In this document: one piece after another, positions 44,699 through 57,146 of the stretch | How the letters are laid out: each line of letters opens with the position of its first letter | Numbering within the stretch: the first letter of the stretch is position 1 | Assembly (NCBI RefSeq): GCF_006345805.1 | Contig: NC_043005.1 | Span: 1,426,001-1,490,000, forward strand | Length of the DNA stretch: 64,000 nucleotides | Source: Octopus sinensis | Taxonomy: Eukaryota | Reading direction: 5' to 3' | Program-made: the position numbers and the translations under genes | The notes under the pieces: generated by a model | Told to the model about the DNA's origin: nothing | Seen by the model: the letters and a program-made list of their open reading frames with translations, nothing else | Databases searched by the model: none

Positions 44699-44780
44699 CT
44701 AGCATTATGACCCGTTGTTACTGGGTCATAGTGCTAGTGCATGTATATATGTGTATATATATGTGTACATATTACATGTA
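44699..44780 (-). mobile_element. Helitron 3' palindromic end (same family as 24540-24900)
   Basis: CTAGCATTATGACCCG-TTGTTA-CTGGGTCATAGTGCTAG. Confidence 0.65.
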
Positions 44781-44829
44781 CATCTATATATATACATCTA
44801 CACATAAAATACAAAATACAAAGTTATAT

Positions 44830-45400
44830 CTTGATATCGCTAGTGATAACAATACTCAAAATATATAACAGACTGGAATTGTTAGCCCGTCTCTTGCAAT
44901 TTCGATCAATTGTATCTTGTCCTCCCTCTTGTATAGAAGTGTGGCTACAATCCAGCCTACCTCTACTTCTGGGGGACATTTTAATTTTTTATCCGGGGCG
45001 TCCTACGTCCCAGATATAAAGGTAAAAATAAAATATTTCCACTTTGCAAGTTCGAGTCGAGTACTCCCTTGCACGCTCCATTGACTCGAACCTTGCTTCT
45101 ATTGTGGCGAATTTACCGCCTCTAGTTAGATATCTTTCATAGTCGCATCAAGACACTTTTCGATGGTGCTTTCCTCCAGGTGTTCAAATCTTTTTTTTTT
45201 TCTCTACATTGTATACTTTATAAACAATAGTCTTTTCTTTAATTTAATTTTTCAATTCGTTTGCTGGTGTTATCCTAGATTCACCGTCTTTGTCGGTGAT
45301 CAATCTGTATTTCTTCCATTTTAATTTCAATGAGTTCGCGCCCACCGATGGCTGCAGCGAAATTCATTTTTGGTCTTTCTTCTATTGAAGGCATTCTAAC
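44830..45400 (-). mobile_element. Possible L1/Tx1-like LINE ORF1 remnant
   Basis: Frameshifted reading FATIEARFESMERAREYSTR...LFLPLYLGRRTPRIK..NVPPEVEVGWIVATLL; assigned by recalled motif only. Confidence 0.45.
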
Positions 45401-46269
45401 AAAAATTTTTCCGTGTAAATGGTGAAAATATTGTCAATTTCCCCAAACAGGGACACAATTCAATTTTTAAACAATAACCAAAATTCCTTCTCCCAAAGGG
45501 GGAGGGTTACAGTTTACAATTATTTAACAAATGCAACACAACAATGTTTCCTTTACCAGGAAACAACAAACGTGATAACAATAGTTAAACAGTAATAATA
45601 GTAACAACAAACCTTACGATGAATCAAAAAGCAATAAGCAGTTGAAGCTTTAGTCCTTTATGCATAAGAAATAAACCAACAGCAGTACTCAGTAGAAGCG
45701 GCTGTTCGAGAAAACAGATATTACATACAGCCAAATTTCATATAGTTACTTAATGCTAGCTAATTAGCAGATGATCTAATGTAAAAGCACAGCTCCATCT
45801 GGACTATTCCATTTCTGTACACTAATTTTATTTTTAATTCATTCCCATTCATGTGAAACCACTTATTCAAGTTCAAGTCATTGATGCAATTTTATACCAA
45901 TTGCTATTTTTACTTTTGTTATGTTATGATTATATTATACTTTAGTTTGATTTTAATTATTACTTACTACATATAATTCAATTGTTATTACTATTTTTAT
46001 TGTTAAAGTGAAAGTATCTGACATAAAATAGAGAAATGTTTTTGTTTCACTTTTAACACGTAATACTGAAATAGTGGAGAAGATATGATATTGCTATGGG
46101 CTTGCTCTAGGCAAGAAGTTGAACTTTTTTTTGCCCATGAAACTACATGGACCCTAAGTAAGGCAAGTGTAAAATTTGAATGAAATTGGTTGTGTAGTTC
46201 TCAAGTTTTAGGGAAACACACAGACAGACACACATTCTCTGATTTGCCTAGTAGTGGTTTTATCTCTGA

Positions 46270-46311
<42 letters not shown>

Positions 46312-48480
46312 GTCACAATGGTTGTTGTATTTTTCTGATAATGATAAGTTAGATAGGATGATGTCTATATTACAATATTACAATAATATGTTGTGTGTGT
46401 ATAGGAATATTATGATCATGAAATTAGCATTAGTTTGTCGTACTCTTTTTCATGGAACCTCCAAGAACCTGTTGCGGAACCCTGGGGTTTTGGGGAGCCC
46501 CAGTTGAGAAATGCTGGATTAGAGTATGAAAAGAGGGCGAGAAATAGGTGTCTTGCAGAAAAGATTCCATGGCCACCTCATTTGGAGAAAGAGAGAGAAG
46601 AGACAATGGGTGAGGGTACACACAAATCCCAGGAAGGTGGAGATAAATGGATTGAAGGATTTGATAAGGTAAGTGGATGGGCAAGATTGAGAAGGGAATG
46701 TGGTTAACAGAGACAGAGAGGTGTTAAGAGGATATGTTGTGGAGAAGGGATTCAACAGGGACACATTGTGTGCAGGTAGGTTGATGAGGGGTGTAAAATG
46801 AGAGTGGGAGTGGGGGGTTTAGGGTGCTTTTGTTCAAAGTAACGGGCATTGCAAGTGAACAGAGGCCTTCAAGCGAAAGACTTCAGCTTTTAGTTCAAAT
46901 CTTTTTACATCATTTGTGATGCTGACACCATTGAGAGATGTTGCATGATTTCCAGTTTGCTTCTCTTAAAATCTCAAAAGTTGAAGAACTATCAATATTT
47001 CATGAGGAAATGCTAATAAATTTGCAGGGAGTCAATGACTTGGGTTGTTTTCCTATCTAAAAACTGTTATATTTTATTATAATAAATCTTATATAAGTAT
47101 ATCTGTACATATAACTGAAACCCTGCTAACCCTTCTCATCACATTTTATGCTGTTTTGTTTTTTTCATCAAACATTTCATTACCAAAAGAACCTCCAGCT
47201 TTGTAGGGTCCACTTCTACTACTTGAACTTCCACTGGTGCTGCCCTTCACAAGAATTGCAAAATGACATTCTTAACCATTCGATCACACCACCACCAGCA
47301 CCACCATGATAGCCGGATGCTCTTCCTCTCTCCACCAAGCAGTATTTTCCCAGAGTCCTTCTTACAACAAATACTCTAGTCATGCTTTTGCAGATGAGTT
47401 TAAACAAATGGTAAATTTCTGTATGAATGATGACCCTTGTTTATAATCAGGGCACAAAAAAAAAGGGAATTAAAAATTAATATATTCATAAATATTGTAA
47501 CTGAAAGGGGATCCAAGAATCGAAGTAGTTACCTCGGTCACCACTCCTGCAAATACTGGCTAACAGAGTACACAGAAAGGAACAATCCTGCATCTGGAGA
47601 AAGGGACTGAAAATCCAAGAAGTTTTGGTGAGTCACAGAGTATAACAACATACGGGAAAAGAAAGAAAAAACTGTTATATTCAGCAACATACAGGTTGGA
47701 TAAATCCTTTTGCATCTCTTGAGTAGATGCTTTCTCATTACCAGAAATGTGGTTCTTCTCACCAAATTGTCTGCATCTATATCTGGGGGGATTCATCCAA
47801 GTTTCCTTCAATCAACTGATTCATCATTTGCTCAAGAAGAAATGACTAGAAAATTTAAGCAGTATCACTTGATATTACGAGTAAATATCAGTACCTCCAA
47901 TCTTTTTCTTTCCACACACACACACACAATGTGATTCCTCCAGTTTCCCCAACCAAATGTCACTCACATGGCACTGGCCATCCATGTCATGGCAATGGAA
48001 ATGAACTACAAACTGTGTAGCTGTGAAATGAATTACTTAACCTCCTGACCATGCCAGTGCTCCTACACACCCACACAGAGACATAGACATAAGCATATAT
48101 AATATTACACACACACACACACACACACACATAGGCACACATGGTTTAGAAACGTAAATAGATAATCTGAAAGAAAAACAAAGTTTTATTTTATTTTTGT
48201 CTGTTTTTATCTCTTTTGTTACAACATAAAAATAGGACGAAAATAGAAGAAATATTTAAAATTCATTGAGAAAGATAGAGCGAGTTGTAAGGAATTCCAT
48301 CCAAAGTGGCATTCTTCGAGGGTTGTAGCGTTTGTGGGGTGGTTATTGTGTGGAGGAGAGTTTAGGGTGGATGAGGAGGAGGGATTAAAATAAAAAAAAG
48401 ATGTTATATTAATTTCAACACAAGCTATAATTAGTGGGAAGTGTGTGCGTGCATGTGGATACATGTGGGTGTGTGCGTGC

Positions 48481-48520
<40 letters not shown>

Positions 48521-48647
48521 CAAACATCTAAGATAGGAGGATGTATTACATACATGCCACCACCGCCACCTCACCCCACTGCATCAAGCCCCAGTATGTA
48601 GGTGCAGCCGAACAAGCACAAATACACACACACATTTAATCATGTCA

Positions 48648-48682
<35 letters not shown>

Positions 48683-50049
48683 ACACAGAGTGAAAGAGAT
48701 ATTCCTGTGGACATCCATTTTATGTGTTTATGAATTTGTGTGGGTGGAGCGTGTGTGTGTGTGTGTTTATGTATTGCATGTGTGAACAAACTCTTAAGAA
48801 TATTTTAAGGAGAAGGAATTGAGGCAAAAGTAGGAGTAAAATTAAAGTAGAAGTAGGAGTAAGTGGGGGGGGAGAAGAAAACAAAGAGTTTGCCTATCTA
48901 CGATTTTGTTTGTTTGTTTGTTTGAAGCAGGAAGTGGTTGTTGATTGTGGGGGGTAGGTGTGAGGAAGAGAAGGTGGTAGAGGAGGTTTTCACAGTTAGA
49001 CAGAGACATCATTGTGTTAGTGGTGGTGGTGGTGGTTGGGGGGGAGGTGACATAAGGCCAGTGCAGCCAGCCAGTCCATACAATTGCTACATTCTCATTT
49101 GGAACCAAAAGTTTCTCCAATTTAAAAAAAAAAAAGGCAACTTCGTTTCATTCATGAATATTTTCAAAGTGACAAGTATGGTTATGTAAGAGAGGGGCTC
49201 CTGGCCAAGCTGGGGCTCTTCGACAAGAGAATCTCACAGCTGAATTCACATCACTTATGTTGGTAATGCATGAATATCACAACATTCTCATTTCTCTCTT
49301 ATAAAACTACAGACTTTGTATTTAGGCAAAAGAAACTAATATTTGATAGAAAGAAATACTGTTGCTTTGTTAGTAAAAAGGATGGCCGCTGCCGCTGCCA
49401 CCACCACCACCACCACCACCACCACCCCACCACCATCATCATCATCATCATCATCATAATTTCCCTTGCATGGGTAGAGTGAAGTTTGTTGAAGCTGATT
49501 TTCTATGGCCGCGTGCCCTTCTTGTCAGCAACCCTGTTACCAAATAAGGAATTGCTTCCCTCCCATGGCTAGACATGCTTCGACAGAAGATTAGAAATGG
49601 AGGATACTGCTTGTACAACAGTGATGCTTGTTTACAACCACTGCATGATGTGAAGACATATCAGAATCTCAAAATCAAAATGGAAATTGTAGTTGTGACT
49701 GGCACCAGTGCTGGTGGCATGTAAAAAGCACCATCTGAACATGGTCGATGCCACTTCCCACCTGCCAAGTCAGTTTCTGCACCACACAACATGCACTGCA
49801 GTATTCAATTACATCATTTGATGTATTTCTTGAGTTCAAATCCTGTCAGGAGTCAACACTGTATCACAGTAACCTGCCTTCTCTCTGGCACCACTGCGAT
49901 CGGAGAGTTGCTGGATTACTAAATTTTCCTTACCAAATAAGACTCATTAAAACTTTATACATGTATGTATTATCATTGATATTCAGAATATATATATAGT
50001 ATGTGTGTGTGGATGTACACACACACACACACATACACAAAACATGATG

Positions 50050-51620
50050 ATTGTTTCATCTTGACAGATGACAGCTGTCTCCTCAACACACTCACAACAC
50101 TCCATCATACTGCACAATCCCTCCATTGATGAGCCCTTAAATGACTTTTAAGACCAGCTGCTGACTGACGGGCTTTAAAACACAAGTGACAGATATCATT
50201 TAAGTGTCTTCTATATCTTTGCCCTTTGGAATCTGATTCTGAAGGAATGTTTTTGTGAACTAGCGTATGTCTTTTAAATCCAGATACTGTCTTACAAGTT
50301 TTCTGACATACGACACAAGTCGTAAGAGGTGGTTGTGGAGCTCAAGATCATTACCTATCTGGGCATTACGATTTCTATATGATTCACGTATCCTGCTTTT
50401 GACATGGTCACATATAATACACACCCAATGTTCACTGTTGATCACAGTTCCAATTGTTCCTTTACGACAGGTCCTTTTAAGTTCAGAGTACTCAATCATC
50501 TTTTCCTCCCAGGCATTAGAACCAGTCCTAACAGCACCTCTCCACTTGTTCCAATCTAGAACATCAGTTTCTCAATCACTTCTGTTCATATCTAGTTTCT
50601 TCAGGTTTTACTTCAAACAATCTTTATACCTTTTCTTTGGCTTATGTTGTGGTCGCTCACCAGAGTTGAGCTCATCATAAAAAAGATGTTTTGGCAATCG
50701 TTCATCTTTCATTCTAATAACATATCCATCCCAGAGCCAAGACAACATGTTGTTCAACTGAGCTACAATGTGCCGAGTGCAAAACTTGTGTATCTGGTAT
50801 GAAACATTCCCACTTGACTCCCAAGATACATCTGAGCTACTTTTGATGGAATCTCTCCAGCATTTTCATGGGACGCCTGTAAGTGGTCCACATCTCACTC
50901 AAATAAAGAAGTGCAGCCAATACACACGTTTCATTGTCTGCTTTGTGGTTGTTCTGGGTCCTTTAGTAAATCCCTTCTGATTGCAAACCCAACACTTCCT
51001 TTCCTTTTTTTCTCCCTTCGGCTTCCCAACCCAGAATAATGTGAAACCTGCTGCTTTTTTGACAAGATGATCTTCATCTGAACATCTTGCTTCAGAAATA
51101 GCTGCAATATCAACATTAAGACACCACAGCTCCTTAGTTACAAGACCTGGTCTTCTTTTAGGCCTATCCACTCGATCTAAAAGGGTTCTCACATTCCAGC
51201 CAGGCCGGATAAAGAGAAACCTCATTCTTTGCGTAGTTGTTATCATTGTTTTTATCAACTCTTCGTTCCGTCCGGCTCAATTGAATGAAACATTATCTGC
51301 AGTAAACTGACCACCAGAGAAAAGACAGACGATTTTTAGTGCACCTTTCCTAGCACATTCCCAGTATATCCAGGTGAGCAGTGTTCTCCTTAAAAGGACT
51401 GCTCAGACACAGGATTCTCCACCAAAAGCAATTCCTGTCCATGTAAATATGTTAGCAATGTTCAAATAAGAAGAATCCTACCACGTTAGGGGCAGATTCG
51501 TCACTGTCTGCTTCCAACCAGTCGAGTCTGCAGACGTGGCCACACCCCTACCACCATGGGACTTTTGAAAAGTGAAGATTGTACGATGAGGGTGTTAACA
51601 CTTTTGCCACTCTCTGGGTC
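50050..51620 (-). mobile_element. Internally deleted RTE (BovB-like lineage): 5' UTR and APE N-terminus joined directly to thumb and C2H2 zinc-finger C-terminus
   Basis: WNVRTLLDR...DIAAISEAR...FWVGKP...GSVGFAIR, then at about 50930 LAALLYLSEMWTTY...LERFHQ...RLPKHLFYDEL...KRYKDCLK, and CHLCFKARQSAAGLKSHLRAH (50129-50191). Confidence 0.88.
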
Positions 51621-53239
51621 AAAATAGTACATTACAGTGACAAGCACGCACACACACAGTTTTATCAGAATTCTGTTTATAGCTGAAATGTGAGAAATAA
51701 AAACAAATAAAAATTAGAACAAGTTTTATTTCCTTAACAAATAAAAGTCCTGCAGATGCAGTGAAATGAAATATTATTCTTTGAGAAATGATCCATTTTA
51801 GATAGCACAGAAGCTTTCTTTTAATGACAATTAATTAATTAACAAGAACCCAAATTAGCATTAATTCTCTTGACTGTAATTAACAACATATTTTCTTGTA
51901 TTTTTCTTTCTGGGTGTGGGTTGCATGAAAGTTCCAGTTATTTGTGTGTGTGTGTGTGTGTGTGTGGGAGAGAGAGAGGGGGGGGGAGAGAGTCGACTCA
52001 GATAGAAATTGCAAGAATAATCAGCAGTGAATAAATAACTGAATTTGAAATTTTTTTATGTTCCAATGCCTCACAAATTCTGAAGAACTATGATTAATTA
52101 TATAAACCATTAAGAATGTGTGGGGTCTGTGTTAGAAATCCCTTTACGGAAGCACGGCAGCAGTTAAAAACAGTGTAAATGCTGGTCTAAATACCCTGAA
52201 AAACATTTAATTCTGGGTGGTTTATATAGTCATAGTTCTGGTCAATCAGAACTGACCCAGGGTTAAACAACATCAACAACAACAACAACAACAAGGGCCT
52301 GTTTGTTTGTTTGTTTGTTTTTCGGGGAGAAGACAGAGTTGCCTAAATGAAGTTTTGTACATTGCCAGGGCTTATTTTAACACTGAAAGAGAGAGGAGTG
52401 ATTTCAATGTATAAGAAGGAAAATTAAATGTTTTTCAGAGTAATATAGACCAACATTTACACTGTTTATTACTACTGCATTGCCTCCGTAAAGGGATTTC
52501 TAACAAAGGCCCAAGGTCACACATTCTGGGAGGCTTTTATAGTTAATTATATTAACGACAGTCAACCTCGGCTGGGATTTGAAGTCTGGGATTTGAAGTC
52601 TGGGATTTGAAGTCAGAACATAAAAAGAGAATAAATAATTCGCCTTTTGTCAGTTGTTTTGATTCTATCAATGACCCCACCCCCCTTTAGGTAGCTGCCA
52701 CAGTAATGAATTCCACCACATCACACTTGAAATCTCTGTCCCATTAGCTTTAGCAAATCCACAATTTCATTATAGTTGAGTGGTTTTCATCCTGTATTAA
52801 GGCAAACCTTACAATCAGTACCATTCTTGGTTCTAACCTTGCCATAAGTAAAAGAGGAATATAAAAGACAGAATCAAGTTGACTGGGATTTAGTTTATCA
52901 CCAATAAAATCCAGACAGAAGAAATGTGGAAATATCTGCCACAAGGTTCAACCTTCAAATGTCAAAATAATGTGGGGCATTGAATCATGCACTTGACAAC
53001 TTTTTCTCACTCTTTTAGCATTAGTCACAATTTTTAACACTGGTATTAATTAAATGGGTTTTCGTACATAATTGATTATTCATCTAATCAACCCCTGGTG
53101 AGATAAAAAGAACAAGCAAAAGCCACAGGGTTGACCCAGGTAGAAGTTGAACTCAGAAAGAGGAAGAAGAAAACTGAATACTGTTTTGTATTTAATCTGG
53201 AGCTCTAACCCCTTCGCCATCCCAGTCTCAACAATAAAC

Positions 53240-53284
<45 letters not shown>

Positions 53285-53457
53285 GTATATAAATATCTCA
53301 AACACTACATTTCGTGTTGGTGGAATAGTATTAATGCACCCTTAGTTACCTCCCTTACACTATCTTCAAAATTTAACAACCTCCAGCCTCACAGTCCACC
53401 CAGAAAGGGATACACTTACACTCGAGTAACACTAGTATATCGCCAATAGTAAATATA

Positions 53458-53700
53458 GGCGCAGGCGTGACTGTGTGGTAAGAAGCCTGCTTCTCAACCA
53501 AATGGTTCTGGGTTCAGTCCCACTGCGTGGCATCTAGGCCAAGTGTTTTTTTTACTCTGGTCTCAGGCTTGCCTTGCCAAAGCCTTGTGAGTGGATTTGG
53601 AAGACGGAAACTGAAAGAAGCCCATCATCTATGTATTTAGTTATATGTATGTGTTTGTCCCCACCTGGTTGCTTGACAACCGATGTTGGTGTGTTTTTTA
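53458..53700 (+). mobile_element. tRNA-derived SINE
   Basis: GGCGCAGGCGTGACTGTGTGGTAAG...GGTTCAGTCCCACTG...GAAACTGAAAGAAGCCC. Confidence 0.8.
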
Positions 53701-53754
53701 TCAGATGTTTATTGGTGACTTCTCAATAATAATGCTAACCACAACAACAATCCT

Positions 53755-54167
53755 TTTTAGGCACAAGGCCTGAAATTTTGGGGGAAGGCAGGTAGGGTGC
53801 TGGTCAAATACATCAACCCCAGCACTCAATTGGTATTTATTTCACTGACCCTGAAGGAATGAAAGGTAAAGTTGACCCATGCAAAATTTGAACTCTGCAT
53901 ATAATGACAGCAAAAATACCACAAAGTATTTTGTCCAGCATGCTAAGGATTATGGTTTCAGATTTTGCCACAAGGACAGCCATTCTGGGGGAGGGGTGAG
54001 TTGATTACATCGAACCCAGTGTTTAACTGGTACTTAATTTATCGACCCCAAAAGGATGAAAGGCAAAGTCGACCTCAGCAGAATTTAAACTCAGAAAATG
54101 TAGACAGATGAAATACCACTAAGCATTTTGTCTGTCATGCTAACGATTCTGCCAGCTCACCACCTTT

Positions 54168-54207
<40 letters not shown>

Positions 54208-54436
54208 TAATAATAATAATAATGATTTCAAATTTTGGCACAAAGTCATCAATTTTAGTGGAGGAGATAAGTCAATTACATTAACCCCCAGTATTCAACT
54301 GGTACTTATTTTCTCGACCCTGGAAGGATGAAATGCAAAGTCAACCTCGGTGGAATTTGAACTCAGAATGTGAAGACAGACGAAATGCTGCAAAGCATTT
54401 TGCCCAGTGTGCTAATGATTCTGCCAGCTCACCTTC
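53755..54436 (-). mobile_element. Three tandem copies of a second tRNA-derived SINE with a Nin/Deu-like core
   Basis: Copies at about 53755-53950, 53953-54165 and 54224-54436; head GAGCTGGCAGAATCGTTAGC, core CATCC...GGTCGATAAATTAAGTACCAG; the second and third are separated by (AAT)n. Confidence 0.8.
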
Positions 54437-54469
54437 TTAATAACAATAATAATAACAACAACAACAAAA

Positions 54470-54950
54470 AGATGGTTTAGATACACCCCAGAAAAGGTCT
54501 CAGAAAATGATAGAGCAACCATACTCTAGGATATGCCAATACACCCAGACAGAAAACAAGGCTAATAGACTGGATATTGTTGTCAGAGATCACCAAGAAA
54601 AAAAGGATACCTTCTAATTGATGTATCAATACCAACAGATGATAATGTAAAATAAATAGAGAAACTCTCAAAGTACAAAGATCTGCGAATAGAGATAACC
54701 TGAATGTGAAGCCTAAAAACAGCAACAATTCCTATAATAGTAGGTATTATTAAAAAACATTCAGACAAATACGTAACCAAAACACCAGGACTTAATATAA
54801 CACACAGAAAATAGCACCACTGGGCACATCCGACATAGAACACTTTGAACAGTGAAAAAAGAGAGCATCACAACAAACCACAGCACATAACACAAGGCAG
54901 ATGGAGCTGCACTCGGGCAATGCAGTGAACGCATGGGATAAAGATAAGAA
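54470..54950 (+). mobile_element. R4/Dong 3' fragment (RLE domain and 3' UTR)
   Basis: PEKVSENDRATIL.DMPI...ANRLDIVVRD...LIDVSIP...KLSKYKDLRIEI; flanked by (AAT/AAC)n tracts. Confidence 0.85.
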
Positions 54951-55693
54951 TAATAATGGTTTCAAATTTTGGGGGTGAGGGTCAGTTGATTACATTGACC
55001 ACAGTGCTTGACTGGTACTTATTTTATGAACCCCGAAAAGATGACAGCCAGAACTTGAATGCTCCAACTTCCTCTTCTTCTGATTAAAAATCATAGTTTT
55101 TATTCCGATGGAAGAATATCGGATTTCTTTCTTTCATTGATTTATCACAAATTTTGTAAATACTAGTGTGATTGGTTGTAGGTTTCCAATTGGAAGAACA
55201 GGAATTGGAAGGAATAAATACAACAAGGTACTTTTGTCACACAGACACACACGACAATTTCCATCCAAAGTCCGGCACAGTTGAGATTGAACCAAGAATC
55301 ATTCGATTACAGAGTAAGACTCTCCAGCACAGCTGCTGCTTATACCTGTGTCTAGTTGCATGATTAATCGACCAAACACAGACAAACGTGCAAAGGAGAT
55401 GAGCAAAGAGAGCAGTTACACCAATGAATCAGTGAATAAAGAGCAGTTGTGGCTGTCTTATTTATTCAACTATTTCCTACTTTTGTGTCTGGCAAGTATT
55501 GACAGAAAACTTGTTGGGGGCCAATGTTAGTTGAAGAGTCTTCATAATTGCTATTAACAACCGACACTTGTGATAAACATTCCCAATCAACCGGATACCA
55601 TCAGTTGCTCTCCTCTTCACTCTTACAACATCTGTCATCATCTTCTTTTTCCTGCACCTTCAACTCATTATTGTATTAAATGATAAAGCAACC

Positions 55694-55875
55694 GGATGGC
55701 AGAATCGTTAGCATGCCAGGGAAAAGGCTCAGTGGCATTTTGCTCATCTTTACGTTCCAAGTTCAAATCCTGTAAGGGTCACTCTTTCCTCTCCTACTTT
55801 CACAGTTGAGGTCAATGTAATCGATTCATTCCCACCATCCTAAAATTGCTGGCCTTGTGCCAAAACTTGAAACCA
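55694..55875 (+). mobile_element. tRNA-derived SINE (same family as 53755-54436)
   Basis: GATGGCAGAATCGTTAGC...GTTCAAATCC...GGCCTTGTGCCAAAACTTGAAAC. Confidence 0.75.
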
Positions 55876-57091
55876 TTATTATATTACACTGTATTATATA
55901 ATATTAATTTAATATAATAATATATAGTTTATTTATGATTGTTTTTGTTATTTTACATCCATTTTAACATGATACATTGATTCTAAGGAAATTGATGCAT
56001 TCCTCAAGAACTGATGAAACCATTCCACTCATCCTTCCCCTCTGATGGATGCTTTTTCTACAGCAAAACAACAGGAAAACAAGTGTGAAATATGTCAACC
56101 TGGGGGTGGGGTGGGGGGGGCGGAGGAAGAAAGGGACAAGCAGAGTCTTCTGTGTTGCCTTTGGGATATTTTTCACATTTTTTTCAATTTATCACTTTAA
56201 AATTGTTTCTCTAAAATATTCAAATAACAACAAGATCCCACGTCTGTCTTGAAGATTACCTCCCTCCCTCCCTCCCTCCCTCTCTGTTAGTCAATTAAAT
56301 TGCTCTAAAGAAGATTAACCACGTATGCAAATAAGAGTTAATCTTTTGTTTATTTCAAATGATTTTTTTTTTCTGGTTTTGAGTAAACCTGAGTGAAATG
56401 CAGCTGAAGACATTGGCGAAATGGAGCATAAAATGGAACATTCTTTTGGTTTGATGAATAAAAGCATTCTAGGAGCTTCTGCTTCAAGGAATTCTAATGA
56501 CACCAGTTCAGGTTTTTCTTGCCATTTCAGTGAACTCCAAACTTGCAGTGTTCAGATTCTGGTGTATTTTTATTTGAAATGTGGAATAAAATTCGTTGAA
56601 AATAGTTTTGAATCAGGTGAGGAATGAGCGCTATACTTGAGGGTTTCATTTTCAATGATTTGTGACGGACACATTTTCATTTTTGTTGACCATCAAAGCC
56701 CTGACTGTTCTCATTTGAGTCTTTCTAAAAAAAAGGAAAGTCATTGTTGGGGATGTACAAATCTGGTAATTTGAAGAATATTGAAGGGAACTGAAAAAAA
56801 CTTTATGGGTGATAATAAATCACAAGGTTGTCTATTAATGCATTTTAAAGAAAAAAACTAGCTCAGAATGGGTCGAAAACTAACTTTGGGTAGAGAAAAC
56901 TTGAAAAAAGATCATTCTATTGTTACTTTATTATATATTCTATATTACATATGTCATATAAATATAGTATATACTATATACATACGTGTATGCATATTAT
57001 ATACATACATGTGTATATAATATGTAATATATATACATACATGTGTATATATGTAATATACATATATACATGTATAGGGAATATACAATAT

Positions 57092-57146
<55 letters not shown>

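Noticed and set aside
47529-47627. Candidate exon ending at a perfect GTGAGT donor (plus), or MQDCSF... (minus)
   Set aside because: There is no polypyrimidine tract for the plus acceptor, the peptides are unrecognisable, and both strands are equally plausible.
49215-49232. Achatin-like neuropeptide motif (GLFDKR)
   Set aside because: It occurs once, has no upstream dibasic site, and no signal peptide or repeats are present.
51470-51620. HDV-like ribozyme at the RTE 5' end
   Set aside because: GCCACGT and GACGAA motifs are suggestive and some RTEs carry such ribozymes, but I could not build P1/P3 pairings; an RNArobo or Infernal search is needed.
56421-56627. Short ORF or exon with a CAG/GTGAG donor
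   Set aside because: No recognisable protein similarity or coding bias.
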